Source of the DNA: Macrostomum hystrix
Taxonomy: Eukaryota; Animalia; Platyhelminthes
Direction: 5' to 3'
DNA length: 64,000 nucleotides
NCBI GenBank assembly: GCA_950097015.1
Contig: CATNEN010000029.1
Coordinates: 992,001-1,056,000, forward strand
Under the pieces are notes generated by a model that saw only the letters and a list, made by a program, of their open reading frames with translations, did not search any database and was not told where the DNA came from. Position numbers and translations under genes: made by a program. Positions 11,871 through 23,596 of this stretch are shown one piece after another (positions within the stretch are counted from its first letter, which is position 1; each line of letters starts with the position of its first letter).

Positions 11871-12528
11871 CAGCAGCAGCCGCCGCCGCAGCAGCAGCAG
11901 CACAACCTGTGGTACAGTTGCTCAAACAGTTCTGCTGCTGCCACTGATTACAACTGTTGCAGCCTCAGTCTCCTCCGGGCTCAGATGCCGGTCAAACTCC
12001 AGCCTGTCCGCCAGGTCCTTGACTGCTGTCGGCAACTGCAGCTTCTGCGTCACATTCAGCAATCACATAGAAGGCAGCCGCCTGTTGATGTGTGCAGCTA
12101 GGGCAGCGGTTGCTTCAGAGGAAGACCACGCGTGGACAGACGTCGAAGACATCGACGGTGACCCCGTGGCGCTCTTGGAGCTGATGACAGCCCGGCGAAT
12201 TGCCAGACGATGCGAGGAGGCATGCGGCGAGGCTTCGTCGACGTGCCAGTACATCGAGCTGACGCGGCACAACATTACAGACGCCCGCGGCCGACTCATC
12301 GACACGGTGCTGCTGCAGAATGCCAGCTACAGCTGCTGCCGCGAAAGCGACTTCTGCAACACCGACGCCGTCATTGTCCCGTTGGCGAATGTAGCTACGG
12401 CGGCTGCGGCAGCGGCTGCAGTTGAGCCCGGAGGTGGCAGCCCTGGCAGCTTTCAGCCACCAGCTTCCTTCTCTTTGTTGACGGCCCTACTAATTACGTG
12501 CTGTTCTATGTATTCGCTGCAGCTCTAG
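11871..12528 (+). CDS. Secreted/GPI-anchored Ly6/uPAR (three-finger, LU domain) protein, main exon
   Basis: The frame is open from 11836. It has a signal-like VAQTVLLLPLITTVAASVSSG before LRC, 10 Cys ending in the LU hallmark CCRESDFCN, then an Ala/Gly/Ser spacer and a hydrophobic C-terminus (GPI-signal-like). The 5' boundary is inferred. Confidence 0.8.
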
Positions 12529-12587
12529 GCCATGTGCCACCTGCCTGTGTGATTTCTTGTAAGCCTAGTTTCCAACCTTGGTTAGGT

Positions 12588-13035
12588 CATTGTGAATCTT
12601 AGTGGACATTGTGAATCTTAGTGGACATTGTGAATCTTAGTAGATCATTGTGAATCTTAGTGGAAATTGTGAATCTTAGTAGATCATTGTGAATCTTAGT
12701 AGATCATTGTGAATCTTAGTGGATCATTGTGAATCTTAGTAGATCATTGTGAATCTTAGTAGATCATTGTGAATCTGAGTGGGTCATTGTGAATCTTAGT
12801 AGATCATTGTGAATCTTAGTAGATCATTGTGAATCTTAGTAGATCATTGTGAATCTTAGTGGATCATTGTGAATCTTAGTGGATCATTGTGAATCTTAGT
12901 GGATAATTGTGAATCTTAGTGGGTCATTGTGAATCTTAGTGGGTCATTGTGAATCTGAGTGGATCATTGTGAATCTTAGTGGATAATTGTGAATCTTAGT
13001 GGGTCATTGTGAATCTGAGTGGGTCATTGTGAATA
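12588..13035. repeat. 20-bp minisatellite CATTGTGAATCTTAGTGGAT
   Basis: Direct tandem units just 3' of the Ly6 stop. Confidence 0.95.
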
Positions 13036-13481
13036 TTGTATTCTTGTGCAGTGCTAAAGAAGTGGAAAATAACGGAATTGCGGCAGCAGACACGCCAGTA
13101 CAGTACAAGAACTGGAACAAACAGGGAGTACTGACAGGATAAGACAAAGTTAAAAATTGGCGCGTGCTTTACCAAGGGGTGGGAAATAATTTTCATCGTC
13201 ACGGCTGAAAGACAGTTTGTTGGCTGGCCTGTTTTGGCGCCAAAGAAGAATAAGCTCTTCTGTGCCAACTCCGTTTTGCAAAGCATGCAAGAATTCAGGT
13301 TGGGGCGTTATGAATGATTTTTTGTCAGAATATCAGAAGGTGCAAAAAATTTAAGGGGATGTGCCCCAATATGCGATTGCGGTACATTTCTCTAAGCATG
13401 CTACGGATTCCTATCTCTAAATTGCACTGAAGGGTCTAGGATTTTATGATTAAGATTTAAAGTATCGCGATGGGATTCAGT

Positions 13482-16400
13482 TTTTCATGGTGGGATTTAA
13501 ATTATCGCAATGGGATCTAGATGATCGAGATGGGATTTAAGTGATCGAGATGGGATTTAAGTGATCGAGATGGGATCTAGATGATCGAAATGAGATTTAA
13601 ATGACTGAAATGGGATCTAGATAATCGAGATGGGATTTGAGTAATCGAGATGGGATTTAAATGATCGAGATGGGATCTAGATAATCGAGATGGGATTTAA
13701 GTGATCGAGATGGGATCTAGATAATCGAGATGGGATTTAAGTGATCGAGATGGGATCTAGATAATCGAGATGGGATTTAAGTGATCGAGATGGGATCTAG
13801 ATGATCGAGATGGGATTTAAATGATCGAGATGGGATCTAGATGATCGAGATGGGATTTAAATGATCGAGATGGGATCTAGATGATCGAGATGGGATTTAA
13901 ATGATCGAGATGGGATCTAGATGATCGAGATGGGATTTAAATGATAGAGATGGGATCTAGATTATCGGGATGAGATTTAAATTATCGACATGGGATCTAG
14001 ATGATCGAGATGGGATTTAAATGATTGGGATGGAATCTAGATTATCGGGATGAGATCTAGATGATCGAGATGAGATTTAAATGATTGAGATGAGATCTAG
14101 AGTATCAAGATGGGATCTAGATGATCGAGATGGGATTCAAATGATCGAGATGGGATTCAAATGATAGAAATGGGATCAAGATTATCAGAATGGGATCAAG
14201 ATTATCAGAATGGGATCAAGATTATTGGGATGGTATCAAGATTATCGGGATGGGATTTAAATGATCGAGATGGGATCTAGATGATCAAGATGGGATTTAA
14301 ATGATCGGGATGGAATCTAGATTATTTGGATGGAATTAAGATTATCGGGATGAGATCTAGATGATCAAGATGGGATTTAAATGATCGAGATGGGATCTAG
14401 ATGATCAAGATGGGATTTAAATGATCGAGATGGGATCTTGATGATCAAGATGGGATTTAAATGATCAAGATGGGATTTAAATGATCGGAATGGAATGTAG
14501 ATTATTTGGATGGGATCAAGATTATCGGGATGAGATCTAGATGATCGAGATGGGATTTAAATGATTGAGATGGGATCTAGAGTATCAAGATAGGATCTAC
14601 AGTTTCGGGATAGAATCTAAAGTATCTAGATGGGATCTACAGTTTCGGGATGGGATCTAGAGTATCCAGATGGGATCTAGATGATCGAGATGGGATTTAA
14701 ATGATCGAGATGGGATTTAAGTGATCGAGATGGGATCTAGATGATCGAAATGAGATTTAAATGACTGAAATGGGATCTAGATAATCGAGATGGGATTTAA
14801 GTAATCGAGATGGGATTTAAATGATCGAGATGGGATCTAGATAATCGAGATGGGATTTAAGTGATCGAGATGGGATCTAGATGATCGAGATGGGATTTAA
14901 ATGATCGAGATGGGATCTAGATGATCGAGATGGGATTTAAATGATCGAGATGGGATCTAGATGATCGAGATGGGATTTAAATGATCGAGATGGGATCTAG
15001 ATTATCGGGATGAGATTTAAATTATCGACATGGGATCTAGATGATCGAGATGGGATTTAAATGATTGGGATGGAATCTAGATTATCGGGATGAGATCTAG
15101 ATGATCGAGATGAGATTTAAATGATTGAGATGGGATCTAGAGTATCAAGATGGGATCTAGATGATCGAGATGGGATTCAAATGATAGAGATGGGATTCAA
15201 ATGATAGAAATGGGATCAAGATTATCAGAATGGGATCAAGATTATTGGGATGGTATCAAGATTATCGGGATGGGATTTAAATGATCGAGATGGGATCTAG
15301 ATGATCAAGATGGGATTTAAATGATCGAGATGGGATCTTGATGATCAAGATGGGATTTAAATGATCAAGATGGGATTTAAATGATCGGAATGGAATGTAG
15401 ATTATTTGGATGGGATCAAGATTATCGGGATGAGATCTAGATGATCGAGATGGGATTTAAATGATTGAGATGGGATCTAGAGTATCAAGATAGGATCTAC
15501 AGTTTCGGGATAGAATCTAAAGTATCTAGATGGGATCTACAGTTTCGGGATGGGATCTAGAGTATCCAGATGGGATCTAGATGATCGAGATGGGATTTAA
15601 ATGATCGAGATGGGATCTAGATTATCGAAATGAGATTTAAATGACTGAAATGGGATCTAGATAATCGAGATGGGATTTAAGTAATCGAGATGGGATTTAA
15701 ATGATCGAGATGGGATCTAGATAATCGAGATGGGATTTAAATGATCGAGATGGGATCTAGATAATCGAGATGGGATTTAAGTGATCGAGATGGGATCTAG
15801 ATGATCGAAATGAGATTTAAATGACTGAAATGGGATCTAGATAATCGAGATGGGATTTAAGTAATCGAGATGGGATTTAAATGATCGAGATGGGATCTAG
15901 ATAATCGAGATGAGATTTAAATGATCGAGATGGGATCTAGATAATCGAGATGGGATTTAAATGATCGAGATGGGATCTAGATAATCGAGATGGGATTTAA
16001 GTGATCGAGATGGGATCTAGATGATCGAGATGGGATTTAAATGATCGAGATGGGATCTAGATGATCGAGATGGGATTTAAATGATCGAGATGGGATCTAG
16101 ATGATCGAGATGGGATTTAAATGATCGAGATGGGATCTAGATTATCGGGATGAGATTTAAATTATCGACATGGGATCTAGATGATCGAGATGGGATTTAA
16201 ATGATTGGGATGGAATCTAGATTATCGGGATGAGATCTAGATGATCGAGATGAGATTTAAATGATTGAGATGGGATCTAGAGTATCAAGATGGGATTTAA
16301 ATGATCGGGATGGAATCTAGATTATTTGGATGGGATTAAGATTATCGGGATGAGATCTAGATGATCGAGATGGGATTCAAATGATAGAAATGGGATCAAG

Positions 16401-16970
16401 ATTATCAGAATGGGATCAAGATTATTGGGATGGTATCAAGATTATCGGGATGGGATTTAAATGATCGAGATGGGATCTAGATGATCAAGATGGGATTTAA
16501 ATGATCGGGATGGAATCTAGATTATTTGGATGGGATTAAGATTATCGGGATGAGATCTAGATGATCAAGATGGGATTTAAATGATCGAGAAGGGATCTAG
16601 ATGATCAAGATGGGATTTAAATGATCGAGATGGGATCTTGATGATCAAGATGGGATTTAAATGATCAAGATGGGATTTAAATGATCGGAATGGAATGTAG
16701 ATTATTTGGATGGGATCAAGATTATCGGGATGAGATCTAGATGATCGAGATGGGATTTAAATGATTGAGATGGGATCTAGAGTATCAAGATAGGATCTAC
16801 AGTTTCGGGATAGAATCTAAAGTATCTAGATGGGATCTACAGTTTCGGGATGGGATCTAGAGTATCCAGATGGGATCTAGATGATCGAGATGGGATTTAA
16901 ATGATCGAGATGGGATCTAGATTATCGGGATGGGATCTAGAGTATCGAGATAGGATCTACATTTTCGGTA
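13482..16970. repeat. 20-bp satellite ATGATCGAGATGGGAT(TTAA/CTAG) with higher-order structure
   Basis: About 175 units with alternating TTAA/CTAG endings. A diagnostic variant cassette recurs near 14580, 15480 and 16780. Confidence 0.97.
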
Positions 16971-17334
16971 TGCAATTCATTTTGCACGACAAAAACTTAA
17001 TAATTTTGAAAGTGTCCTTTATATTGTCTCAGGGTTCTCGCGGCTCAAAAACTGCCGACGCAAAATTTATTATGAAGAAATCGTTAAATACAGATAAAAA
17101 ATGAAGCAATAGAAATGTTCTGTTGTTCCTGCTTTCTGTATCAAAATAAAATATAATAGAAGTGAAAATGATAACAGCGTAGCTTTTTGAAACGAAAATT
17201 TTTTTAAAAAGGATTAGCGTTATTTTCTTTAATTAAGAAATTTGTCTAATACCCTTAGTCGATTTCCAGATTCGAGAACTAATAATTTTGAAGTGCGCAA
17301 AACTCATCATTCCAGTAAACAAAAAGGCTGTAAA

Positions 17335-17805
17335 TCTCTCGATTATATCTTTGACTGTACTATCTCTCGATTATAACTTTGACTGTTCTATCTCTCGATT
17401 ATATCTTTGACTGTTCTATCTCTCGATTATATATTTGACTGTTCTATCTCTCGATTGTATATTTGACTGTTCTATCTCTCGATTATATCTTTGACTGTTC
17501 TATCTCTCGATTATATCTTTGACTGTTCTATCTCTCGATTATATCTTTGACTGTTCTATCTCTCGATTATATCTTTGACTGTTCTATCTCTCGATTATAT
17601 ATTTGACTGTTCTATCTCTTGATTATATATTTGACTGTGCTATCTCTCGATTATATCTTTGACTGTTCTATCTCTCGATTATATCTTTGACTGTTCTATC
17701 TCTCGATTATATCTTTGACTGTTCCATCTCTCGATTATATCTTTGACTGTTCTATCTCTCGATTATATCTTTGACTGTTCCATCTCTCGATGGTATGGTT
17801 GACTG
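17335..17805. repeat. 28-bp minisatellite TCTCTCGATTATATCTTTGACTGTTCTA
   Basis: About 16 tandem units. Confidence 0.95.
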
Positions 17806-18249
17806 TTCTTTCTATATGTTTTGTCTATGACCTTTCGATCTTGCCTTTATAGCTCGCATTTTGTGTGTTTTTTGTGTACGCATTCCTCTTGTACGAAGTA
17901 TACCTGGCCTAGATAAACTGGAATATAGGATCCAGAATCCCTCAGACAGTTAAGATCAGAGTCAGGAATGCTTCAAACATCGAGGAAATATTGCAATGAT
18001 AGTGGAAAAATCTGTCCAATGAAAAGCTAACCATATCAACAAGTTCCACCCACAAAGTATTTCCAGACACCAGCAAATGTACTTAATTTAGTGCAGCAGA
18101 CGTGCATCAGAAACTAACCGCTTAGCCAGCTAGGAACGCTTTTTCGCTATTGTAATTGGCATGCAGCGTATTTCCGGGGAATAAGAAATCTCATAGATCT
18201 AAGGGGATATCCCCTTATATCCTAGAGGATATAAGGGGGATCTAAGATA

Positions 18250-18301
18250 ATCTATCGATCTATCTATCTGTCTATCTATCTGTCTATCTATCTATCTATC
18301 G

Positions 18302-18345
<44 letters not shown>
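18250..18345. repeat. (TCTA)n microsatellite, left part
   Basis: Direct reading. Confidence 0.95.
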
Positions 18346-18521
18346 CGTTTTGAAACTCTTGAAATCTTGAAACTCGTTTTAAAATTTATTTTCGTATTTT
18401 TTCAATAATACCCTGACGAAGGCCAAACTTTGGCCGAAATATTGGTAATTTAATAGTCAACTTTTTTGTTTCTTAATCAGCAAGCAACTGCCTGAACTGC
18501 GTGCGTGGCCTCTGTTCTTCA
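18346..18521 (+). mobile_element. ~176-bp Penelope-like terminal repeat (pLTR) or retrozyme-like remnant inserted in (TCTA)n
   Basis: Unique T-rich segment between two TCTA tracts that carries a minimal hammerhead motif of the kind associated with Penelope-like elements. Confidence 0.6.
18407..18450 (+). ncRNA. Minimal type I hammerhead ribozyme motif
   Basis: AATACC-CTGACGA-A-GGCCAAACTTTGGCC-GAAA-TA-TT-GGTAATT: conserved core CUGANGA/GAAA, stem II GGCCAA/TTGGCC, stem I TACC/GGTA, palindromic loopless stem III (ATAT), predicted cleavage after AUU at 18443. Confidence 0.7.
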
Positions 18522-18559
<38 letters not shown>

Positions 18560-18721
18560 GTCTATCTGTCTATCTATCTATCTATCTATCTGTCCATCTA
18601 TCTATCTACCTATCTATCTATCTACCTATCTATCTATCTACCTATCTATCCATCTATCTATCTATCTATTCGATTTATTCGATCTGTCTATCTATCTTCT
18701 TTTCGATCTATCTATCTATCT
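18522..18721. repeat. (TCTA)n microsatellite, right part
   Basis: Direct reading. Confidence 0.95.
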
Positions 18722-18885
18722 AAAAGTGTTTCGTTTGCTCTATCAAACGACTTTGTCTATGGCCGAAAGTTTGTGTATTTCGAAAAAAAACCTTTTTGAC
18801 AGGAGATTTGAAAGCTTTTAGCTGGATTATTTCTTTAGGATAAATTTTCTTATTCAAACTCAATTCATGCAACTCAGAAGGTACA

Positions 18886-19278
18886 ATGGTTTCTAAGAAG
18901 AGTGTACAGTTTGGGCTCGGACTTGCTGAGCTGGATGAAGTTGCTGATCGCATCATTGTTCAACACTGCCCCGTGTACGGCCGTGCCTACTATTATCACA
19001 TAGCCGCCCTAGTGCAGGATGCCCCCAACACATTCGTGTCAGGCTTCAGTGGGACGCGTTTTCATGTGCTGGAGCGCCGGGTACACATCAAGGGCGTCTT
19101 TGCCGTCTGGCTGGAGCGACAGCAGCCAAGGCTGCACAAAGGCAGTGTCAGGAGCATCGCCAAGCCCACCAGTGCGAGCGGCATGCACCTGATCTGGGAG
19201 GGCAGCGTGCTGAATAAGCCACCACCGTTTGACGAGATTAGACAAGGCATCGGAAGTCACTACAGTGTGCCAAAGTGA
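18886..19278 (+). CDS. Uncharacterised 130-aa protein (single or terminal exon)
   Basis: Non-repetitive GC-rich ORF with mostly G/C third positions in an AT-rich context, like the other exons here. An acceptor-like CTCAG lies about 10 nt before the ATG. No family recognised. Confidence 0.6.
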   Translation: MVSKKSVQFGLGLAELDEVADRIIVQHCPVYGRAYYYHIAALVQDAPNTFVSGFSGTRFHVLERRVHIKGVFAVWLERQQPRLHKGSVRSIAKPTSASGMHLIWEGSVLNKPPPFDEIRQGIGSHYSVPK

Positions 19279-19287
19279 CGATTTGCA

Positions 19288-20100
19288 AGAATCGGGATTC
19301 GAAAGAATTCGGATTCGGAAGAATTGGGATTCGGAAGAATCGGGATTTGGAAGAATCTGGATTCGGAAGAATCGGGATTCGGAAGAATCGGGATTCGGAA
19401 GAATTAGGATTCGGAAGAATTGGGATTTGGAAGAATCGGAATTCGGAAGGATCGGGATTCGGAAGAATCGGGATTCGGAAGAACCGGGATTCGGAAGAAT
19501 CGGGATTCGGAAGAATCGGGATTCGGAAGAATCGGGATTCGGAAGAATCGGGATTCGGAAGAATCGGGATTCGGAATAATCGGGATTCGGAAGAACCGGG
19601 ATTCGGAAGAATCGGGATTCGGAAGAACCGGGATTCGGAAGAATCGGGATTCGGAAGAATCGGGATTCGGAAGAATCGGGATTCGGAAGAACCGGGATTC
19701 GGAAGAATCGGGATTCGGAAGAATCGGAATTCGGAAGAATCGGGATTCGGAAGAATCGGGATTTGGAAGAATCGGGATTCGGAAGAATCGGGATTCGGAA
19801 GAATCGGGATTCGGAAGAATTAGGATTCGGAAGAATTGGGATTTGGAAGAATCGGGATTCGGAAGAATCGGGATTCGGAAGAATCGGGATACGGAAGAAT
19901 CGGGATTCGGAAGAATTGGGATTTGGAAGAATTGGGATTTGGAAGAATTCAGATTCGGAAGAATCGGGATTCGGAAGAATCGGGATTCGGAAGAATTAGG
20001 ATTCGGAAGAATCGGGATTTGGAAGAATCGGGATTCGGAAGAATCGGGATTCGGAAGAATCGGGATTCGGAAGAATCGGGATTCGGAAGAATCGGGATTT
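19288..20100. repeat. 16-bp minisatellite GAATCGGGATTCGGAA
   Basis: About 50 units starting just after the ORF stop. Confidence 0.96.
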
Positions 20101-20427
20101 GGGATTGGGATTCTGAAATATCGGTATTGGTTGATTTAGAATTGGGTGATTGTCAATAATAGTATTTAAGCTGGTTGTTTGTTCTATTTGGTCTATGTTT
20201 TCAAAGTAGACAACTTTCCATCTGCTAAATAAATAGAATGAAGTACTTTTATAAAACGAAGAAAAGTATATTTCATAATTTCAGTCAGTGTGTATATTTG
20301 ACTTTCGACGGGCTTTCTGTGCCAAAGATAAAAGGCAAATGGACTGTACGCAATTGTGAAAAAAGTTCCGAGTACTATTCCTCAGTTGATAGGAACAAAT
20401 TTGATTTAAAGAAATAAAAAAGGCGCT

Positions 20428-21270
20428 AGAAGATGGAAGAGATAGAAGATGGAAGGGGATAGAAGATGGAAGTGGATAGAAGATGGAAGGGGATAGAAGA
20501 TGGAAGGGATAGAAGATGGAAGGGGATAGAAGATGGAAGGGATAGAAGATGGAAGGGGATAGAAGATGGAAGGGATAGAAGATGGAAGGAGATAGAAGAT
20601 GGAAGTGGATAGAAGATGGAAGGGGATAGAAGATGGAAGGGATAGAAGATGGAAGTGGATAGAAGATGGAAGGGGATAGAAGATGGAAGGGGATAGAAGA
20701 TGGAAGGGATAGAAGATGGAAGTGGATAGAAGATGGAAGGGATAGAAGATGGAAGGGGATAGAAGATGGAAGAGATAGAAGATGGAAGGGATAGAAGATG
20801 GAAGGGGATAGAAGATGGATCGGATAGAAGATGGAAGGGATAGAAGATGGAAGGGGATAGAAGATGGAAGGGGATAGAAGATGGAAGTGGATAGAAGATG
20901 GAAGGGGATAGAAGATGGAAGGGATAGAAGATGGAAGGGGATAGAAGATGGATCGGATAGAAGATGGAAGGGATAGAAGATGGAAGGGGATAGAAGATGG
21001 AAGGGGATAGAAGATGGAAGTGGATAGAAGATGGAAGGGGATAGAAGATGGAAGGGATAGAAGATGGAAGGGGATAGAAGATGGAAGGGGATAGAAGATG
21101 GAAGGGGATAGAAGATGAAAGGGGATAGAAGATGGAAGGGGATAGAAGATGGAAGGGATAGAAGATGGAAGGGGATAGAAGATGGAAGGGGATAGAAGAT
21201 GGAAGGGATAGAAGATGGAAGGGATAGAAGATGGAAGGGGATAGAAGATGGAAGGGGATAGAAGATGGAA
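20428..21270. repeat. 16/17-bp purine-rich minisatellite GATAGAAGATGGAAGG(G)
   Basis: Direct tandem units. Confidence 0.96.
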
Positions 21271-21814
21271 TAAGACGGAAGTTAAGAGATCGAAAGTCCA
21301 GATGAATAAGTTCAGAAACTGGCCATAGAACTCGGCAACTAGTATAAAATAGATATCTAGAGCAGTACAATTACAAAGTGTACACACGGCTCACAATTAC
21401 TTTTTTTTATTCATACGGCCCAATAGCACGCTTTACCTTAATAATTGAATCAAATTTGGGAGTTTTATAAAGATAGATAAGGTGGCTAAGGAGGTAGGAA
21501 AGATTAATCAGAGTGAATAAATAACGCAAAGCATCAGATAACGCAGCGAGATTAACATCTTTAAAAAAGACTGATGGACAGAAGGAAAGTCACGTGCAGT
21601 TTATGCACAAACCATTATTGGCATGAGACCACGTGACTGGGCTTTTTACAATCCCGAAAATGATCTATTTTCTTGAACTAAAAACTATAAAGATGACAAA
21701 TATATTACTAATAACTATATAAAAATATAATGAAGATGGATAGTAAGATAATGATTAGATTAGTTTGATAGATAGTTCTATTTAACGGTTTTATAGCACA
21801 ATACTTTCTGAATT

Positions 21815-22277
21815 CCAGAATCCCATAGATCTAACAGGGTTTCGGATTAGCAATCCCTGATATTCCAGAATCCCATAGATCTAACTGGGTTTCGGATTAG
21901 CAATCCCTGATATTTCAGAATCCCATAGATCTAACTGGGTTTCGGATTTGCAATCCCTGATATTCCAGAATCCCATAGATCTAACTGGGTTTCGGATTAG
22001 CAATCCCTGATATTTCAGAATCCCATAGATCTAACCTGGGTTTTGATTAGCAATCCCTGACATTCCAGAATCCCATAGATCTAACTGGGTTTCGGATTAG
22101 CAATCCCTGATATTTCAGAATCCCATAGATCCAACCTGGGTTTTGATTAGCAATCCCTGACATTCCAGAATCCCATAGATCTAACTGGGTTTCGGATTAG
22201 CAATCCCTGACATTCCAGAATCCCATAGATCTAACTGGGTTTCGAATTAGCAATCCCTGACATTCCAGAATCCCATA
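21815..22277. repeat. 50-bp minisatellite CCAGAATCCCATAGATCTAACTGGGTTTCGGATTAGCAATCCCTGATATT
   Basis: About 9 units, period 50 (21815, 21865...). Confidence 0.95.
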
Positions 22278-22509
22278 TTTATCCCATTTATTCCATAGAA
22301 TAAAATTGAAATCTGTCTGAATTTTATCACGCAAAATAGTTCGCCATAACCACAACATGCTACTAATAAGAGAGATGTGCTGTTTTTTACATCCAAAACA
22401 TGAAAGTCGAAAAACGTTTAGACAGAAATCTTAGATTGCCGATTCACCCCAATTCACCGCAATGACTGAAGGAAAATGATATTTGAAAATGAGAGTCACT
22501 GAAAAATGC

Positions 22510-22851
22510 TCAAGCTGAGAACTCGCCGCACTCATGCACCGGCGGCGAAGGCGGTTGCGACTCCTCCAGCTGCGTCAGCGGCTTCGGCTGCCTCTGCAGC
22601 ACGCGGCACATTAGAATGGGTGAGTCGGCGCAGCAATCGCCGCCCCCGCCGCATCCGTCAACGTTGCCGGAGGCCAACCAACGGCTGGCGACTGGGCGGC
22701 GCAATAGCAGGTGCTCTTGACTTTGCTGACGCTGATGCTGACGCTGCTGCTGATGCTGCGGATGCTCTGGGTCCTGGTGCTGCTGCTGCTGATGCTGGTG
22801 CGGACACGAAGCTGTGGGGCGCCTACTGCTGCTGGCTGGCTGAATGTAGTT
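22510..22851 (-). CDS. Neuropeptide GPCR exon 5 (Gln/His-rich C-terminal tail, stop)
   Basis: Pyrimidine-rich acceptor TCCTCTGTCCAG| at 22852/22851, phase 0 matching the donor at 23597. 114 codons open to TGA at 22512-22510. Confidence 0.65.
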   Translation of the reverse strand, partial: NYIQPASSSRRPTASCPHQHQQQQHQDPEHPQHQQQRQHQRQQSQEHLLLRRPVASRWLASGNVDGCGGGGDCCADSPILMCRVLQRQPKPLTQLEESQPPSPPVHECGEFSA

Positions 22852-22904
22852 CTGGACAGAGGAACAGAGCCAGTTCAGCGTTGTAAGCCCACGACAAATG
22901 GCTG

Positions 22905-23581
22905 GACTAGCAATCCACTCTAACTAATATCCGATCGGTGAGGCTAGCAATCCACTCTAACTAATATCCGATCGGTGAGGCTAGCAATCCACTCTAACCA
23001 ATCTCAACCGGGTGAGGCCGGCAATCCACTCTAACCAATCTCAACCGGGTGGGGCTAGCAATCCACTCTATCCAATCTCAACCGGGTGAGGCTAGCAATC
23101 CACTCTTACCAATCTCAACCAGGTGAGGCTAGCAATCCACTCTCACCAATCTCAACCGAGTGGGGCTAGCAATCCACTCTCACCAATCTCAACCGGGTGA
23201 GGCTAGCAATCCACTCTCACCAATCTCAACCGGGTGGGGCTAGCAATCCACTCTCACCAATCTCAACCGGGTGAGGCTAGCAATCCACTCTAACTAATCT
23301 CAACCTGGTGAGGCTAGCAATCCACTCTCACCAATCTCAACCCGGTGAGGCTAGCAATCCACTCTAACCAATCTCAACCAGGTGAGGCTAGCAATCCACT
23401 CTATCCAATCTCAACCGGGTGAGGCTAGCAATCCACTCTCACCAATCTCAACCCGGTGAGGCTAGCAATCCACTCTAACCAATCTCAACCCGGTGAGGCT
23501 AGCAATCCACTCTCACCAATCTCAACCCGGTGAGGCTAGCAATCCACTTTCACCAATCTCAACCGGGTGAGGCTAGCAATC
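22905..23581. repeat. 37-bp minisatellite GGCTAGCAATCCACTCTAACCAATCTCAACCGGGTGA filling GPCR intron 4
   Basis: About 18 units. Confidence 0.95.
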
Positions 23582-23596
23582 CCAGTCTGTACTCAC

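Noticed and set aside
11822-12101. Short poly-Ala and poly-Gln ORFs upstream of the Ly6 frame
   Set aside because: Alternative frames of the CAG/CCG tract. ATG 11822 stops at CAC TGA unless an indel error exists, which I cannot test.
22506-22923. Plus-strand Ala-rich and Leu-rich ORFs
   Set aside because: Antisense shadows of the CAG-rich last GPCR exon.
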